From Gnetum montanum (taxonomy: Eukaryota > Plantae > Gnetophyta), in contig MNCI01003375.1 of assembly GCA_015680685.1 (NCBI GenBank), positions 9,900 to 73,899 of the forward strand: a stretch of 64,000 bases of DNA. Direction: 5' to 3'. This document shows, in pieces, positions 50,858 to 64,000 of the stretch (the first letter of the stretch is position 1; each line of letters opens with the position of its first letter). A model generated the notes under the pieces. It saw only the letters and a program-made list of their open reading frames with translations, was not told the DNA's origin and did not search any database. The position numbers were made by a program, and so were the translations under genes.

Positions 50858-53800
50858 TACATGTAGTATGGCTTTAAATAAGAATGACTAATTGAATTGG
50901 CCAACTCATTCGCATACATGTTAGCTATTCTAAATGCTCTGTTCCTATAGGCTCTAGTGACAAGAAAGGACCCTTCCCCGTTGGCTAAGAATTTATCTAC
51001 ATGCTCAAGGATGGCCTTGAGGACTAAGTTCCCCTTCTTGATCTTATGCATGGTTAATTTATGGTGATGTTGTTGCTCTTGCCTCTCTTGATAGTGCTCG
51101 ATGTGAACAAGTGTCTACATATGCTACTTCTCCACCGAATCCATTGTTGCTATCCACAACTCCTTACTCTGCTTGTCATTGATGAAGTCAATGAAGGCTA
51201 CTTGAATTAATGGCACCTATAATTCAAGAGGTAAGATAGCTTCAAAACCATAAACAAAGCTATAAGGGGTTATGTCAGTTGTCATGTGATAGGTTGTTCT
51301 ATATGCCCATAGTGCATGGACAGGTTGCTCATGCAACTTTTGCTTGTTGTTGTTGAGCATCTTCTTAAGCAAGTTGATGATGGCCTTGTTGCTTACTTCT
51401 ACTTATCCATTGGCTAGAGGGTAGTAAGATTATGAGAAAGAATGCTTAATTCCTAGATTATGACAAAAATCCTTGGTTTCTTGGCTACTAAATTGAGGTC
51501 CATTATCTGTAACTATGGTCATGGGTATGCCAAAATGAGCTACAATGTTGTCTAGGATAAATTTGCAAACTTGTTCAAATGTGATCTTTCTTAGGGGAAT
51601 AGCCTCAAACACTTGAAGCTATTCCCTATGGTAGATTTAGGTGTTATAGGTCCAATGATATCCAACCTCCATCATTGAAATGGCCATGTTATCTAGGTTT
51701 TGTTTCACTCACTTTGTGATACATGTTTTAGGTTTCTATATCGTTAGCATGTGTCACATTGCTTAACCTTTTGTAGGTAATCATTTTCCATATGGGGCCA
51801 ATAGTAGCCTAAGTATATAATTGTAGCAAGCATAGCTCTAGGTCCTATATGTCCTGCACAAACACTCTCATGAACCTCTTCTAGGACTATTCTAGCTTTG
51901 GTTTTACCTAAGAACTTTAGGAGTATGCCATCATAGGATCATCGACATAATTTGTTATCACCAATGATGACATACTGCTTCAATTGCTTGCATATGACAT
52001 CCTTCTAAGAAGTAGTCAAGCCTTGTGAGGATTCACCATGCATAAGGTAAAATTTGATATCATCATACCACTCCTTGGGAGGAGTAGTATGAACAAAGAC
52101 CATGAAGGCATCCTCAAAGTTCTGTGTAATGGGAGTAGCACAGTTCATGGTTAAGGTGGGCAACTTGCTAAACACATCTAGCATCAAACTAAGGGCTAAT
52201 GTTACAATTGCATCAACTATGGAATTTTAATTTTGTGGTATATGTTGGATATTAATGTCTATAAATTGTTGTAACAACTACTTTCCTAGGTCATAGTGAG
52301 GTTGTAAATGCTTAGCTTTGCATGCATAGACTTTGGTTACTTGGTTAACCACGAGTTGTGAATCACCTTTGATGGCTAGGTATCTAATTCCTAGGTTGTG
52401 AGCTACCATTATCCCTCTAATCAAACCCTCATATTCCACTATGTTGTTGGTACATGGGAACGCAAACAATAGGCAAAGGGTTGGATTTCACCATATGGGA
52501 ATGTTATGATGGCAGCAACACTAGCCCCATGGGAAGTTGAAGCTCTGTCAAAGTTCATGACTACCTCATAACCCTCAGGCATGTGGCTAACTATGTTAAT
52601 GTGCTCATTAGGGAACTCAAGGTCTATGGTTTCTTAGTCATCAACAAGTGAAACTATGAGTTGTATGGCTATAGCTTGACCTTTTGTTGAGGATTAAGAG
52701 ATGTAATAAAGGTCAAATTATGTGGTTATGGCTTTCCATCAAGCTATACAGCTACTTTCATAGATGTTGATCATTATGGCTCTGAGTATGTTATCCTTGC
52801 AAATTATGTTGACTTGGCTTTTGAAGAGGTAGTGTCTCTATTTCTTCAAGGAGAAGACTAGTGCTAGAAAATTCTTCTCCACCTTAGTGTATCGAGTCTC
52901 GTGGACACCTAATGCAAGGCTAAGGTAGTATAGAAGTATTTCTGCCTCATCATCATGTTTTTGATAGCGTAGAGAGGCAATGGATGTATCAGAGATGGTG
53001 AGATAAATGTAAAATGGTTTACCTTCTTGTAGAGAATAGACTGTCGATAGTTGTGTTAATTCTTGCTTAAGGTTTTCAAAGGCCTCTTGGCATTAATTCA
53101 TCCACTCATAGAGAACTCCTTTCTTAAGCAAGTGTTGCATAGGTTGTAACTTATCCATAAGCCTAATAATAAACCTACAAATAAACTGTAATCTACCTTG
53201 TAATCCCCAAAGCTCTTTAAGGTTGGTAGGTGCTGCCAATTTGGATATGGCCTTAACCTTATCAAGATTTACACATATCCCTACTTTAGAGAATACAACA
53301 CCAAGCATCTTACCTATCTTAACACCAAAGACACACTTCTTAGGATTAGTCCTAAGCTCATATTTGAGGCATTATTTAAGCACAAGATCTAGGTCATTAG
53401 CATGGTCATTGGCTATCTTAGAATTCATGGCTATATCATTTGCATAATCATTAAGTAAACCTAACATGTAATCACTGAAGATATAGGTCATGGCTCTCTA
53501 GTATGTCACTCCGATGTTCTTAAGGCCAAAGGGCATCATGGCATAACAAAAAGTGACCCATGGGGTCATAAAGATCATGCTAAGTTAGTGCTTTGGGTTG
53601 ATCCTAATTTGGTTATATCCTGAGAATCCATCCATGCAGGATAACAAAGCATGTCTAATTGCAATATTTAGGTCTCAAAAATTAATGTAAATACAAAAAA
53701 TCCCATTTTTTTTAAGAACTACCACTATGTTGGACACCCATTCTATGTAATTGATAATGAAACCTGCTTAGTAGAGCTTTGAGATTTCATCGCAAACTAC

Positions 53801-54252
53801 TAAGGCCAAATCAAGTCTAATCTTATGCACTTTTTGCTTAATTGGTCTAATGATAGGATCTAGTATGATGTTGTGCTAGACTAGATGTGGGTCTAGGCCC
53901 AACATATCTTCATATGACCAAGCAAATGCCTTAATGTTGTTTTGTAAGATTTTGGTGATGTCTTGGGCATATTGAGGCTCTAGTAAGGAACTTAGTTTAA
54001 GGGTTTTCTCCTCACACCACTGTGTCTTGTGATGGGAACCTCAACTAGAGGGTCTTCGATTATGTCTCCTACTTCTAAGTCAAGGGTTTTCACTAGGTTT
54101 TCAGGCCATTCTAGAGGTTTTTCTATTTAGGCTATGTGGTCTACAAGACTCTCAAGCTTAAGATCTAGGCAATTAGGGTCAATACATCCTTTAATATCAC
54201 CATGAGGTCAATGGAGACACAAAGGCAAATTGATTTGCTCCTAGGTACTCAT
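50858..54252 (-). pseudogene. Tat pol pseudogene (RT-RH-aRH-INT)
   Basis: MDGFSGYNQIRI, MPFGLKN, FPCTNNIVEYEGLIRG..IKGDSQLVVNQV (aRH), FGIPMTIVTDNGPQF (INT). Confidence 0.93.
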
Positions 54253-54899
54253 ACTTTGATCCTACATAACAACCAAAAGCATATTAAGTGGCACCTGGGT
54301 AAAAGTAAATAAATAATATTAAAATGTCATAAAACATATGCAAATCTAATGTAATTAAGACCATCCAAGGTCATTAGTGAGATAAGGTTAATTAATAAAG
54401 GTCAAACAAAGGGAAGTATATAGAGTAAGGCTACAAATGATTAAAAAATGTCATAATTTTTCCAGTTTAAGGCCTTAACAGGCCATGATGCCAGTTTATA
54501 GTCTTGATAGACTATGATGCCAGTTTAAGGCCTTAGTGGGCCATGGTCATATGGTGTCAAACGGTGGTTAGGGAAGGTCAAACCTCACTATTCGATACCA
54601 TTTAAAGGCAAAAAAAAAAGGCAAATAGGGCTATAATAAGATAAAAAAAGAACATATAATATTGTATAAAAGCCATAAAATGTTAACAACATCCTCAAGG
54701 AAACATAAGTCCAAAAACAAGTGAAAACATTCAAGAAATTAAGTAAAATAGGCTATATATGATGAAATTTAGCTAATATAGATCAAAATGATTAGGATTT
54801 GCTACTTTTAGGCCTTAGCAGGCCATGTTTTGAAGCTACAAGGCTATTAGATAAGTTCAGGCATTAATCAGGGCTATTTCTGAGCTGTTTAGACCTAAA

Positions 54900-57760
54900 A
54901 ATCAAGTGTTTTTTAGACTTCCACGCTAGGCTCAGCATGGAAACAGAGGCCCTTAATATGAAGACTAAGGAAAATATTTTTTAGAATGTTTAGAGGTCCA
55001 AAATTAAGGTTCCAAGACCTTCTCAAGTCAACGCAAGGTTAGATCCATCAAAATTGGGCTCACTAGAGGTTTGTAAAGGCCAAAAAGAAGGTTTTGAAGT
55101 CTTCCCCCCTTGTTTCCATGCTAGCCAACGTGGAAAATAGGTGGGTTCAACATGGGGAACCAAAATCCAAGTAAAAACAAGGTCAAAAAAGGTCAAACAA
55201 GTGGTTGGAGTCCAGATCTAGAACTAGTGCATGTCCTAGCTTTATTCCGAGGCAATTTAAGGCCATTTTGAGTATCAATAGGTGTTGAAATCCCTTCCCC
55301 CCTTCTTCCATGTTGGGCATAATATCTTCAGCGTGGAAAAATAAGGGACACTTATTTGATGAATCCAGAGTGATTTTGGGGCACTTTGACTAGGTTTCTA
55401 GGCCCCTAGGGATGCAAACTTCGATTCTACAAGTTTCTGGCTAATTTTGGGCACGTTTGAAGTCTAGTTAATGGTACTTAAGTTCTTCCCCCCTTGTTTC
55501 CATGCTAGGTAAGTTACTCCAATGTGGAAGAATGGGGGAAATGGGTTTTGGAGATTAAAATAAGGTTAAACAAGAATAAGATTCTAGGCTTCTTTGACGA
55601 AGATCTTTAGCTTCTGAGAGTGTAATCTTGCCTCCAGAAGTGGAAAGGAAACTTTACCACCCCCTGCCCCCCACCCCCTTATTACCACACTAGGAAAGTT
55701 ACTCCAACATGGAGGAAGCAAGAATCTTAGATCTAGGCCAATTTAGGTCACAATCGACCATGCATGTTACCTTCTAGAGTTTCCAAGATTAAGGGCTATG
55801 GATCTATGTCAAAATTTAGTAGTTTTGGGCATCCCTAAGCGGTTTTTCAACTTTTCATCTTTCTTCCACACTAAGGATAGAAAGCTCAACATGGAAAATA
55901 AGGGGAAATGAATTTTCAGTGATATGAGATCAATTCTGTAAAGTTTGAGAGCTCCAATAGCTGCTACTAGGGTTCTAGAGTGCATGAAAGGTTGTTTGAT
56001 GTCATTCTAAAGTGTTCAAGAGCCACAAACAAGTTCCCCCTTGAGTTTCCATGCTAGGGAAGCTACCATCAGCATGGAAAAATGGATCCCTGACATGAAA
56101 AAATCATGAATCTCAAATCTAGGCCAATATTGACTTCAATCAACTTTGCATGTCAGCCTTCAAGGCTACCGAAGTCAAGGACTAGGGTTTTGTGTCAAGT
56201 TTTGGTGACTTTGAGTATCTCTAAGTGTTTTTTGGACTTCCTCCCTTCTTTCCATGCTAGGGATAGAGAGCTTAGCATGGAAACCAAGGGGGCATGAATT
56301 TTTAGCCTTCTAACCTTAGTTTCTTGAAGTTTAAAAGCTCCAAATGATGCTAGTAGGGTCCTAGAGCACATACAAGTTTGGTTAATGTTGTTCTAAGGTA
56401 GTTATGGACTCCAAATGGGTTTTCCCCTTAATTTCTAAACTAAGCAACATGGAGGGAAAAATTTCTAGCATGGAGACACCATAAAACTTAGATCTAGCCT
56501 AGTTTTAACTTCAATCGACCATGCATGTCAGCCTCTTAGGCTACCGAGGTTCAGAACAAGGATTTGGAGTCAAATTTGCTCATTTTAAAGGATTTTTTAA
56601 GTGGTTTTTGGACTTATCCCTCTTTTCCCATGCTGGGGATTCCATGATTAGCATGGAAAAATGGGGGGGAAAGCTTTTTGGTCAACTTTGGCCAATTTCA
56701 ATCATGCATGCAAGCTTCCAAGGTTGCTAGCAATGATGGTCAATGCGTAGTATCAAAATTTGGTTGTCTTGAAGGTTGATAAGTGGTTTTTGGGCTTCCC
56801 ACCATTTTTCCAAATTGGGGCTTCCATGCTCAACATGGAAAATGGGGGGAAAGCTTTTTGATCATTTTTGGCCATTTTCAATCATGCATGCAAGTTTCTA
56901 AGGTCGCTAATGCTAATTGCTACTACTTGATGTTAAAATTTGGTTGTTTCAATGTTCTTAAGGCATTTTTTAGACTCCCCACCCACCCCACNNNNNNNNN
57001 NNNNNNNNNNNNNNNNNNNNNNNNNNNNNNNNNNNNNNNNNNNNNNNNNNNNNNNNNNNNNNNNNNNNNNNNNNNNNNNNNNNNNNNNNNNNNNNNNNNN
57101 NNNNNNNNNNNNNNNNNNNNNNNNNNNNNNNNNNNNNNNNNNNNNNNNNNNNNNNNNNNNNNNNNNNNNNNNNNNNNNNNNNNNNNNNNNNNNNNNNNNN
57201 NNNNNNNNNNNNNNNNNNNNNNNNNNNNNNNNNNNNNNNNNNNNNNNNNNNNNNNNNNNNNNNNNNNNNNNNNNNNNNNNNNNNNNNNNNNNNNNNNNNN
57301 NNNNNNNTTTCCATGCTAGGGCTTCCATGCTCAATGTGGAAAATTGGGGGAAAAGGTTTTTGGTCTTCTATGATGACTTTTCGGCATGCATGCAAGCTTC
57401 CTAAGTTACTAGCATTGACTACTAACATCTAATGTTAAAATTTGGTTATTTCAAGGGTTATAAGGCATTTTTCTAGACTTACCCCCTTTTTTCCATGTTG
57501 GAGCTTCCATACATAACATGGAAAATTGGAGGGAAAGCTTTTTGATCTTCTATGATGACTTTCGAGCATGCATGTGTATTCACAAGCTTATCGGTGTCAC
57601 CTGCTACCATCTAACATTGAAATTGGACTGTTTCAAGGATCATAAGGAATTTTTTGGGCTTTCCCCCTTTTTCCATGTTGGTTCAACTTTGAAAATTTAG
57701 GGGAAAGCTTTTTTGATTATTTTTGATCAATTTGGCCATGCATGAGTGCTCACAAGGTTG
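54900..57760. repeat. Dispersed inverted-motif array TTCCAYGCTAG / CARCRTGGAA (Tat B family), with diverged ~175-bp tandem units in about 56480-57760
   Basis: TTCCACGCTAGGCTCAGCATGGAA at 54919-54942; TTCCATGCTAGCCAACGTGGAA at 55114-55135; GGGAAAGCTTTTT and CATGCATG recur near 56670, 56850, 57350, 57535 and 57705. Confidence 0.85.
56992..57307. other. Assembly gap (N run)
   Basis: Continuous Ns. Confidence 0.99.
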
Positions 57761-58781
57761 TCAACTATTGAACACCCAATTTAGTTCAGTTTTTAATAAG
57801 TTTTTTGTTAAAGGCATGCATTTCAGTTAATTTTATATTATTAATCAATGTTAAATTAATATTTATTTTATTTTATTTTAGTGGTGAGTATTAGTTCATT
57901 ATTCTTAGTTTTATAGTTTATTTTAATTAATATGATATATTATTATATATTAATTTANATAAACATTATAGTTAATTATAGTATACATGAACATTATAAA
58001 ATTATCATAGTTTACATTATATATATATAAATTATATAAATATTATATATTATTAGGGCACCATTTGTATCCTTTGGCTTACCATACTACAATATGAAAT
58101 ATTAAATAACAATTTGCATTTTCACATGAAATTAAAAGAAGGAAGCCATCCATTATCCATACCATTGTAATAGTTTTTTTTGGTCTTCAAACCACTACCA
58201 TTTCCTATAAAACAAAACTATGGTAGCCACATTTTCACCTTTGTTTCCTTGCCAAACCATTAGGCAAAAAAAATCTATTTACCATGATTGAAATACATCT
58301 TTGCCTCACAATTTTGTTTCAATTTTATTTTCTCTCATTGTTTTCTGTAGAAATCACACAGTGATGTGAAAATTATGAGAGGAGTTATGGAGACTAGAAG
58401 AATAAACCTTTGATCAACTAGTGTTGTTGTTGTAGCCAATGTTTCACAAAACATCTAACTTGGAGGCAAAGGAGTTGCAGAGAATCAACAAACTGCAATA
58501 ACATTCAATCCAAGCATGGATTCGGTTTCGAACAAGGATGCTTTGGTGAACCTCCTGTAGGTGATGGTGCCGGCACACTAGTAGATAAACCTGACAAAGT
58601 TTCTACACAACACATTGTACACCAATTTGAAAGGATCAAGGTGAAAATGGTATGAGTCTTGGGAGGATTAAGGTGAGAATATTGTTGATCATGAAGAACA
58701 AGTGCATGTTCAAATCAATCTTGGAGGATCACAGACTACCTCATCAATGTCCATCCCTTGACCAATGTGTTCTACATTTAG

Positions 58782-59365
58782 GTAGGAAATGAAGCTATGG
58801 ATCACAAATGCTAGGAGAGACCAGAGGACATGGAGAAGAGGTTGACACTACAAGTGAATGAATCGAATCCTAGTTTAGATGTGGCGGAAGAGACAACTAT
58901 AGCCATGGCATCTATGTCTCTAGTTTTTCACAACTCTGATCCTGCATATTCCAAATAGTTGTTGTAGCATGCCAAGGAATAGTTTAGTTTTGTAGATAAT
59001 TATAGGGACCTCTACAACGAAAGCGTACCTTTGGTTTAGACCTTCTACAATTCCACTACTTACCAAGATGAACTTCTATGGGCTGGAATTGGGCTTTATC
59101 ATGCCACCAATGATAGTGAGTACTTAAATTATGTGACTGTTAAGAATGGCAAAGCATACGCCAACTGGTTTGCTACTCCAACCTAGTTTAGCTGGGATAG
59201 CAAGCATGCTAGTGTTCAAGTGCTTTTATCTAGACTCTATCACTTTCAACAAAGCAACATACCTAATGATATTCTCTCTAATATTGATCAATACAAAATT
59301 ACTGCAAATGCTATTATGTGTGCTTTTCTGCTAGATTCTCCATCGGCCCAAATTGAAGCTTCTTC
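58782..59365 (+). pseudogene. Glycoside hydrolase family 9 (endo-1,4-beta-glucanase) gene fragment with six in-frame TAG stops
   Basis: One frame: VGNEAMDHKC*ERPEDM..DVAEETTIAMASMSLVF..YSK*LL*HAKE*FSFVDNYR..FYNSTTYQDELLWA..LYHATND..YLNYV..T*FSWDSKHASVQVLLSRL; begins at an acceptor (CATTTAG|). Confidence 0.93.
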
Positions 59366-60261
59366 TTCGAAAGTTTCAAGGCTTTTCATTGAGAATGTCC
59401 ACGTGGATGTGCACAGGTGGCAAGGAAACGAACGTGATGAGCATCGCTCTTTAATTGGCACTATGAATTTTCTCTAGCAGCACATTTGTAGGAACTGTCC
59501 AATCAATGACACCAACATAGATGGTGAATGTGTAGAGTGGAGCATCACATACGCCTCTTTCGCTACGTTCCATGAGAATTTGTATTAATTTGAAACATTA
59601 AAAAAGCCAAGCTTAACAATGGTATCGATTATAATGGATTGGAATTGGGTTTTGCAATACCCATATATTATTAAAATAATTATTTTTAACCTTGTTGCAG
59701 TATAAATATGACTTCAACTTTGTATTGTGGGTATCCATTGTGCATACACATTAAAAGAAAATTCATTTTTTTAGCACAACAAGAGGAGGAGTTGATACCA
59801 ATGAATTTCACATCAAATTGAAATTAATTATTTGTGTCACTATTGTTGAAGATCTGTTGAGCTTTGCGGCAATTCTTGAAGTTCATGATTTGATAATCAA
59901 AATTGTCACATTGTGAAACCAACAAGGTAGAATTGTAATTTAGGCAAGTCTCCCTTGTGATCTTTAATTATTATTTGTAATTTCGATTTGATTTAATTAT
60001 TAATTTTCATTCTTGAACTTAATGTTAGAAGTTATGATGAAAATTTATGATTATACTTATGAGTGACAGGCATAAGTGTGGAATTTAATTAGATTTAATT
60101 CTAATTATTTATTGTCTTGATGATTTCTTTGACTTTTTAACCATTTCTCCATGGATAGGTCTCATGGCTCAATCAAAGATGAGGTGACAATCTTTACAAA
60201 AAATTAAAGAAAAATAAATTTTAAAGATATGTAGCACCAAATTTTTCCTGGCTCGTTAATT

Positions 60262-60279
60262 TGGTGTCATTGCCAGGGA
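60262..60279 (+). promoter_or_regulatory. Decayed tRNA-Asp-type PBS (TGGTGTCATTGCCAGGGA)
   Basis: Four transitions from TGGCGCCGTTGCCGGGGA; lies upstream of an Athila gag. Confidence 0.75.
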
Positions 60280-63200
60280 GGTCAGCAAAGTTAATCAACA
60301 TCAAGGGTTTCTTTATGCATTTTATTTTTCTTTTATTTTTGTAATTTAAGAAATGGTTTCTTTTACTTGTTTTTCCTCCTTAAAGAAAAATAAAAATAAA
60401 GAAAAATCCTAGGAATCAGCTCCTCTTATCGTACAACCAGCCAAAACTATTTAAAAAGTTACAATTAAAGCTGCAATAGTATGCACCATTAAATTAGTTT
60501 GTAAATTCTTAAGAATAGTAGCCCATGAATGTTCCAACGAAGAGTTCTCATGTTAAATGAAATCAACAAAGCAACCAAGGAAACCTACACAAATTCAACT
60601 GTCTAGAAGCATTCTTAGCCTTTATAAACATACAAAAGTTAATCAAAATCAAAACCAAGAACAACCAATATGATTAAGATCTAGTTATTCTTCTCCTCAA
60701 GAGACACAAAATCCCAACAAGAAAATACAACCTGATTTTTCCATAACTATCAACCCTCTATTTGACATTCCAATATCAACCATGAGTTCAACTATGGGGG
60801 TAGGATCTCAATATTTAAATACTACCGTAATGTGAAACTATGTAGCCACAATAGGAGGTATCACCCAACCAATAAGTACTTTGAATATACAAACTCCACC
60901 AATAGTAACCTCATTACCAAGTCCTGTAGTAACTCTAATAGTAGCTTCAACTTATACTATGGGATCATCCTCACATCATGTACCTCCTCCATTTTCTTTA
61001 GGACCAATTTTTCTCTATTTCGATAGTTTGAGTTCTAATGTTCAAAGTAATCAACCATTCCCAAGAAAAACCCTTGGAGAATTATTAAATCAAAGAACAT
61101 TAATTATACCTCAAGGCCCATTGGTTTTCCCACAAGGAAGAGATGTAGAGGTTAAAAATATTCACTTATTACCTATTTTTAAGGGGACAAATTATGAAGA
61201 TCTAATCACTCACATAAGAGAATTTGAAACAACATTAGCTATGTTAGCACCTCAAAGTGGGGATAGGACTAAAATGATTGCTTTCAAATCAACCCTAAAA
61301 GACAAAGCTGATTTTTGGCTACAAACCCTTCGAACATAAATTAGTTCTTGGGATGAGTCTAAAAATGCTTTTATGCAAAGATTTCTTTCTAATGATAGGC
61401 TATACTCATTATGAAAGTAATTAATGAGTTTTATGCAACATGAGGATGAGGACTATGAAAGCACCTTTGATAGATTTAAAGGGTTATGTTTAAAAAATCC
61501 AAACCATGGCTTCCCGGCCCATTAATTAATCCAAATCTATGTAGAAGGTTTACTATCCTATTGTAGGAAAAATGTTGACTTTGAATTTGGGGGAAATATT
61601 TTAAATGTGACACTAGATGATGTTTGGAGAATTATAGATTCACTAATAGACCAAAGTAAACGTTGGCCAAAACCCAACATTATGAAAGGCATGACTCAAC
61701 AAACAGACAAATAATTAAATAGAAAAGTCAATGAGTTAACATGATTAATTAAAAAACAAGCTCATGGAATTCAAAGTGATGCATGCAGTATTTGTGGTAG
61801 TCCCCAACATGACCAAACAACCTACCCAGCCTTGTATTATTATCAAGAGGAAATGCAAGAGTCGGCTAAGGCTTTTCAACAATTTAAGAGCCAACCAATA
61901 ATGAAATTTCCTCAACAACCATTCTACCCACAACAATATCCTCAAAATAATTTTAGGCCATTTAAAAATCCAACTAATGAACATTTGGATAAACTCACCT
62001 AAAGCCTCACTTCCTTCATAGAAGAAAGTAGACAATTTATGGATGAAACTAGGAGAAGATTTCAAGACTTAACTAGAAACGAATTACCATCTCAACCTAA
62101 ACCTGATCCTACATCCCAAAGAAAAGGAAAAGAGCAATTACATTCCATTACTACAAGGAGTGGAAAAACAATTGAACCTAAACCCCAAAAGAAGGTGAGA
62201 TTCCAAGAGGTAGAAACATAATAGGAAACAAAACCACAAGTAGTCAATGAGAAAGATCAACCAACTAGGGAAAAAGAATAACCATTACTCTCTAGAAAAC
62301 CAATTTTAACTCCTTTCCCTAATTGATTACAAGAAAACTTCACAACCAAAGCCCATCTTGAAAAAATGTTTAGTGAATTATACTTACATATTCCTTTAGA
62401 ACAAGTAGTACAAGACACACCACTCTATGCCAAATACTTAAGGGAATTATGCACTAGAAAAATAAAAGAAAAAATTCCTAAACAAATTTATTTAGTTGAT
62501 GACCTTTCTCAACTTTTACAAAGACATGAAATTCCTAAATACCAAGATCCAGGAGTTCCTACCATTTCAATCAAGATAAATGGACAAGAAATTAGGAATG
62601 CCCTATTGCATTTAGGAGCTAGTATTAATATTATGCCTCTTGAAATGGCTAGATCACTAGATATATAGGATATAAGAAGAGTAAACATGACAACATCATT
62701 GGCTAATGGTTCAAGTGTAAAACCCATAGGAATTATAGAAGACATAATAATAGAGGTAGAAAAGGGAAAATACCCAATTGATTTTGTTGTCCTGGAAGTG
62801 AAAGATCCTAATTGTTTTCCTATTATATTAGGTAGACCTTGGTTAGCAATAGCTAATAAAGTAATTAATTGTAGATTTGGCCAACTTCAACTCTCATTTG
62901 CAAATCTCACTTTTACACTAAATATATATGATAAGGTAAAAGAAGATCGTTTAAATACAAACTTGAAGGAGGAAAGAATGCTCTACACTCTACGCACCTC
63001 AGCAATGGCACAAGATAGGGAAATCTTAGTGTTAAATAATTTTGAGGAAGGACTTTTAGACCTCTCAACTAAGAAACAACAAGATTTCCTTGACCAAATT
63101 CTAAATTTAGGGTCAAGAAATATTGGAGAAATAATTCAACCTACACATTAAAATTTCTTGAATCTTAAATAATTACCTAATACACTTAAGTATATTTTTC

Positions 63201-64000
63201 TAGATCAAAATAGGCCCTTAATAATAAGTTCCCAACTTACTAATGAGCAAGAAAACAAACTGTTAGAAATCTTGCATAGTAAATTTGAGGCATTTGCATG
63301 TAGTTATGAGGACCTTCACCAAGGAATCTCACCCAACATTTGTCAACATCATATCTATCTAGAAGATAATGTCAAACTAGTAAGAATTCTCCCAAGATGA
63401 ATTAATCTGACCTTAAAACAAATAGTTAAGGATGAAATTTCAAACTTTGGAAAGAAGAAATCATTTATCCAATAGTAGATAGTGAATGGATAAGCCCCAT
63501 TACTGTAGTCCCAAAAAAGGGTGGAAAATGGAGAGTTTGTGTATACTATAGAAGATTAAATCAAAACACAAAAAAAGACCATTTTTCATTATCATACATA
63601 GATCAAATTCTAGAAAAACTAGAAGGGCATGAATACTACTATTTTTTGGATGGATTTAGTGGTTACAATAAAGTAGCTATTGTCCCTGAAAACCAACATA
63701 AAACAATCTTTACATGTTCTTATGGAACTTTTTCTTATAGACGAATGTCTTTTGGCCTTTGTAATGCACCAGCCACTTTTCAAAGAGCCATTATCTCAAT
63801 ATTTTTGGATATGTTAGAAGATTATGTCAAAGTCTTTATGGATGATTTTTTAGTTTATGAGGATACTTATGATGAAACCTTACAACATCTTGAACATGTC
63901 TTAGATAGATGTATAGATAAAAACTTAAAACTAAGTTGGGAAAAGAGTCACTTAATGGTTAGAAGTGGTGTAGTATTAGGACATGTTATTTCTAAAGAAG
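60262..64000 (+). mobile_element. Degenerate Athila element (gag-PR-RT), continues beyond the window
   Basis: HLLPIFKGTNYEDLITHIREF, TLKDKADFWL (gag); ITTRSGK; KYQDPGVPTISI..ALLHLGASINIMP, IILGRPWL (PR); SEWISPITVVPKKGGKWRVCV, LDGFSGYNKV, VFMDDF (RT); stops and frameshifts. Confidence 0.92.

Larger units (their letters stand above)
49986..57790 (-). mobile_element. Degenerate Tat-lineage element B (no 5' LTR or gag seen; 3' LTR truncated)
   Basis: pol at 50858-54252; PPT AGAGGGGCCAT (50605-50615); LTR starts TGAAACAC at 50604. Confidence 0.87.

Noticed and set aside
58053-58075. PIF/Harbinger terminus (TTA|GGGCACCATTTG)
   Set aside because: No matching inverted end was found in the window.
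58782-59477. Functional cellulase gene
   Set aside because: Six in-frame stops; the N-terminal DAGD region and the C-terminal catalytic motifs are absent from the window.

Overview
Heterochromatic, transposon-saturated DNA from a large-genome land plant (gymnosperm/fern-like; the species cannot be determined from sequence), with four assembly gaps and no intact cellular gene. Left to right: (i) the 3' part of a non-autonomous Athila-type LTR element (+). (ii) A degenerate Tat-lineage Ty3/gypsy element (A, +) with RT-RH-aRH-INT. Its integrase is split by a solo LTR, which is itself split by a structurally complete 6.35-kb Athila-type element (-) encoding only Gag and protease (TSD CAATT). (iii) An LTR of the Tat A family abutting an intron-containing MULE/SWIM-type transposase pseudogene (-) and a ~260-bp tandem array. 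(iv) A decayed pol-containing Athila relative (+). (v) Two CRM-like chromoviruses tail to tail. (vi) A second Tat element (B, -). (vii) A dead GH9 endoglucanase exon. (viii) A further Athila element (+) running off the window. The most unusual signals are these: both Tat elements show no gag/protease and instead have ~3.5 kb of family-specific inverted-motif arrays, followed by a conserved splice acceptor and in-frame ATG directly upstream of RT; element A has a candidate antisense exon beyond the array; and nearly every TE family here carries its own CG/CHG-centred palindromic motif array. All family assignments come from recognising motifs by eye, not from database searches; boundaries marked approximate are +/- ~100 bp.
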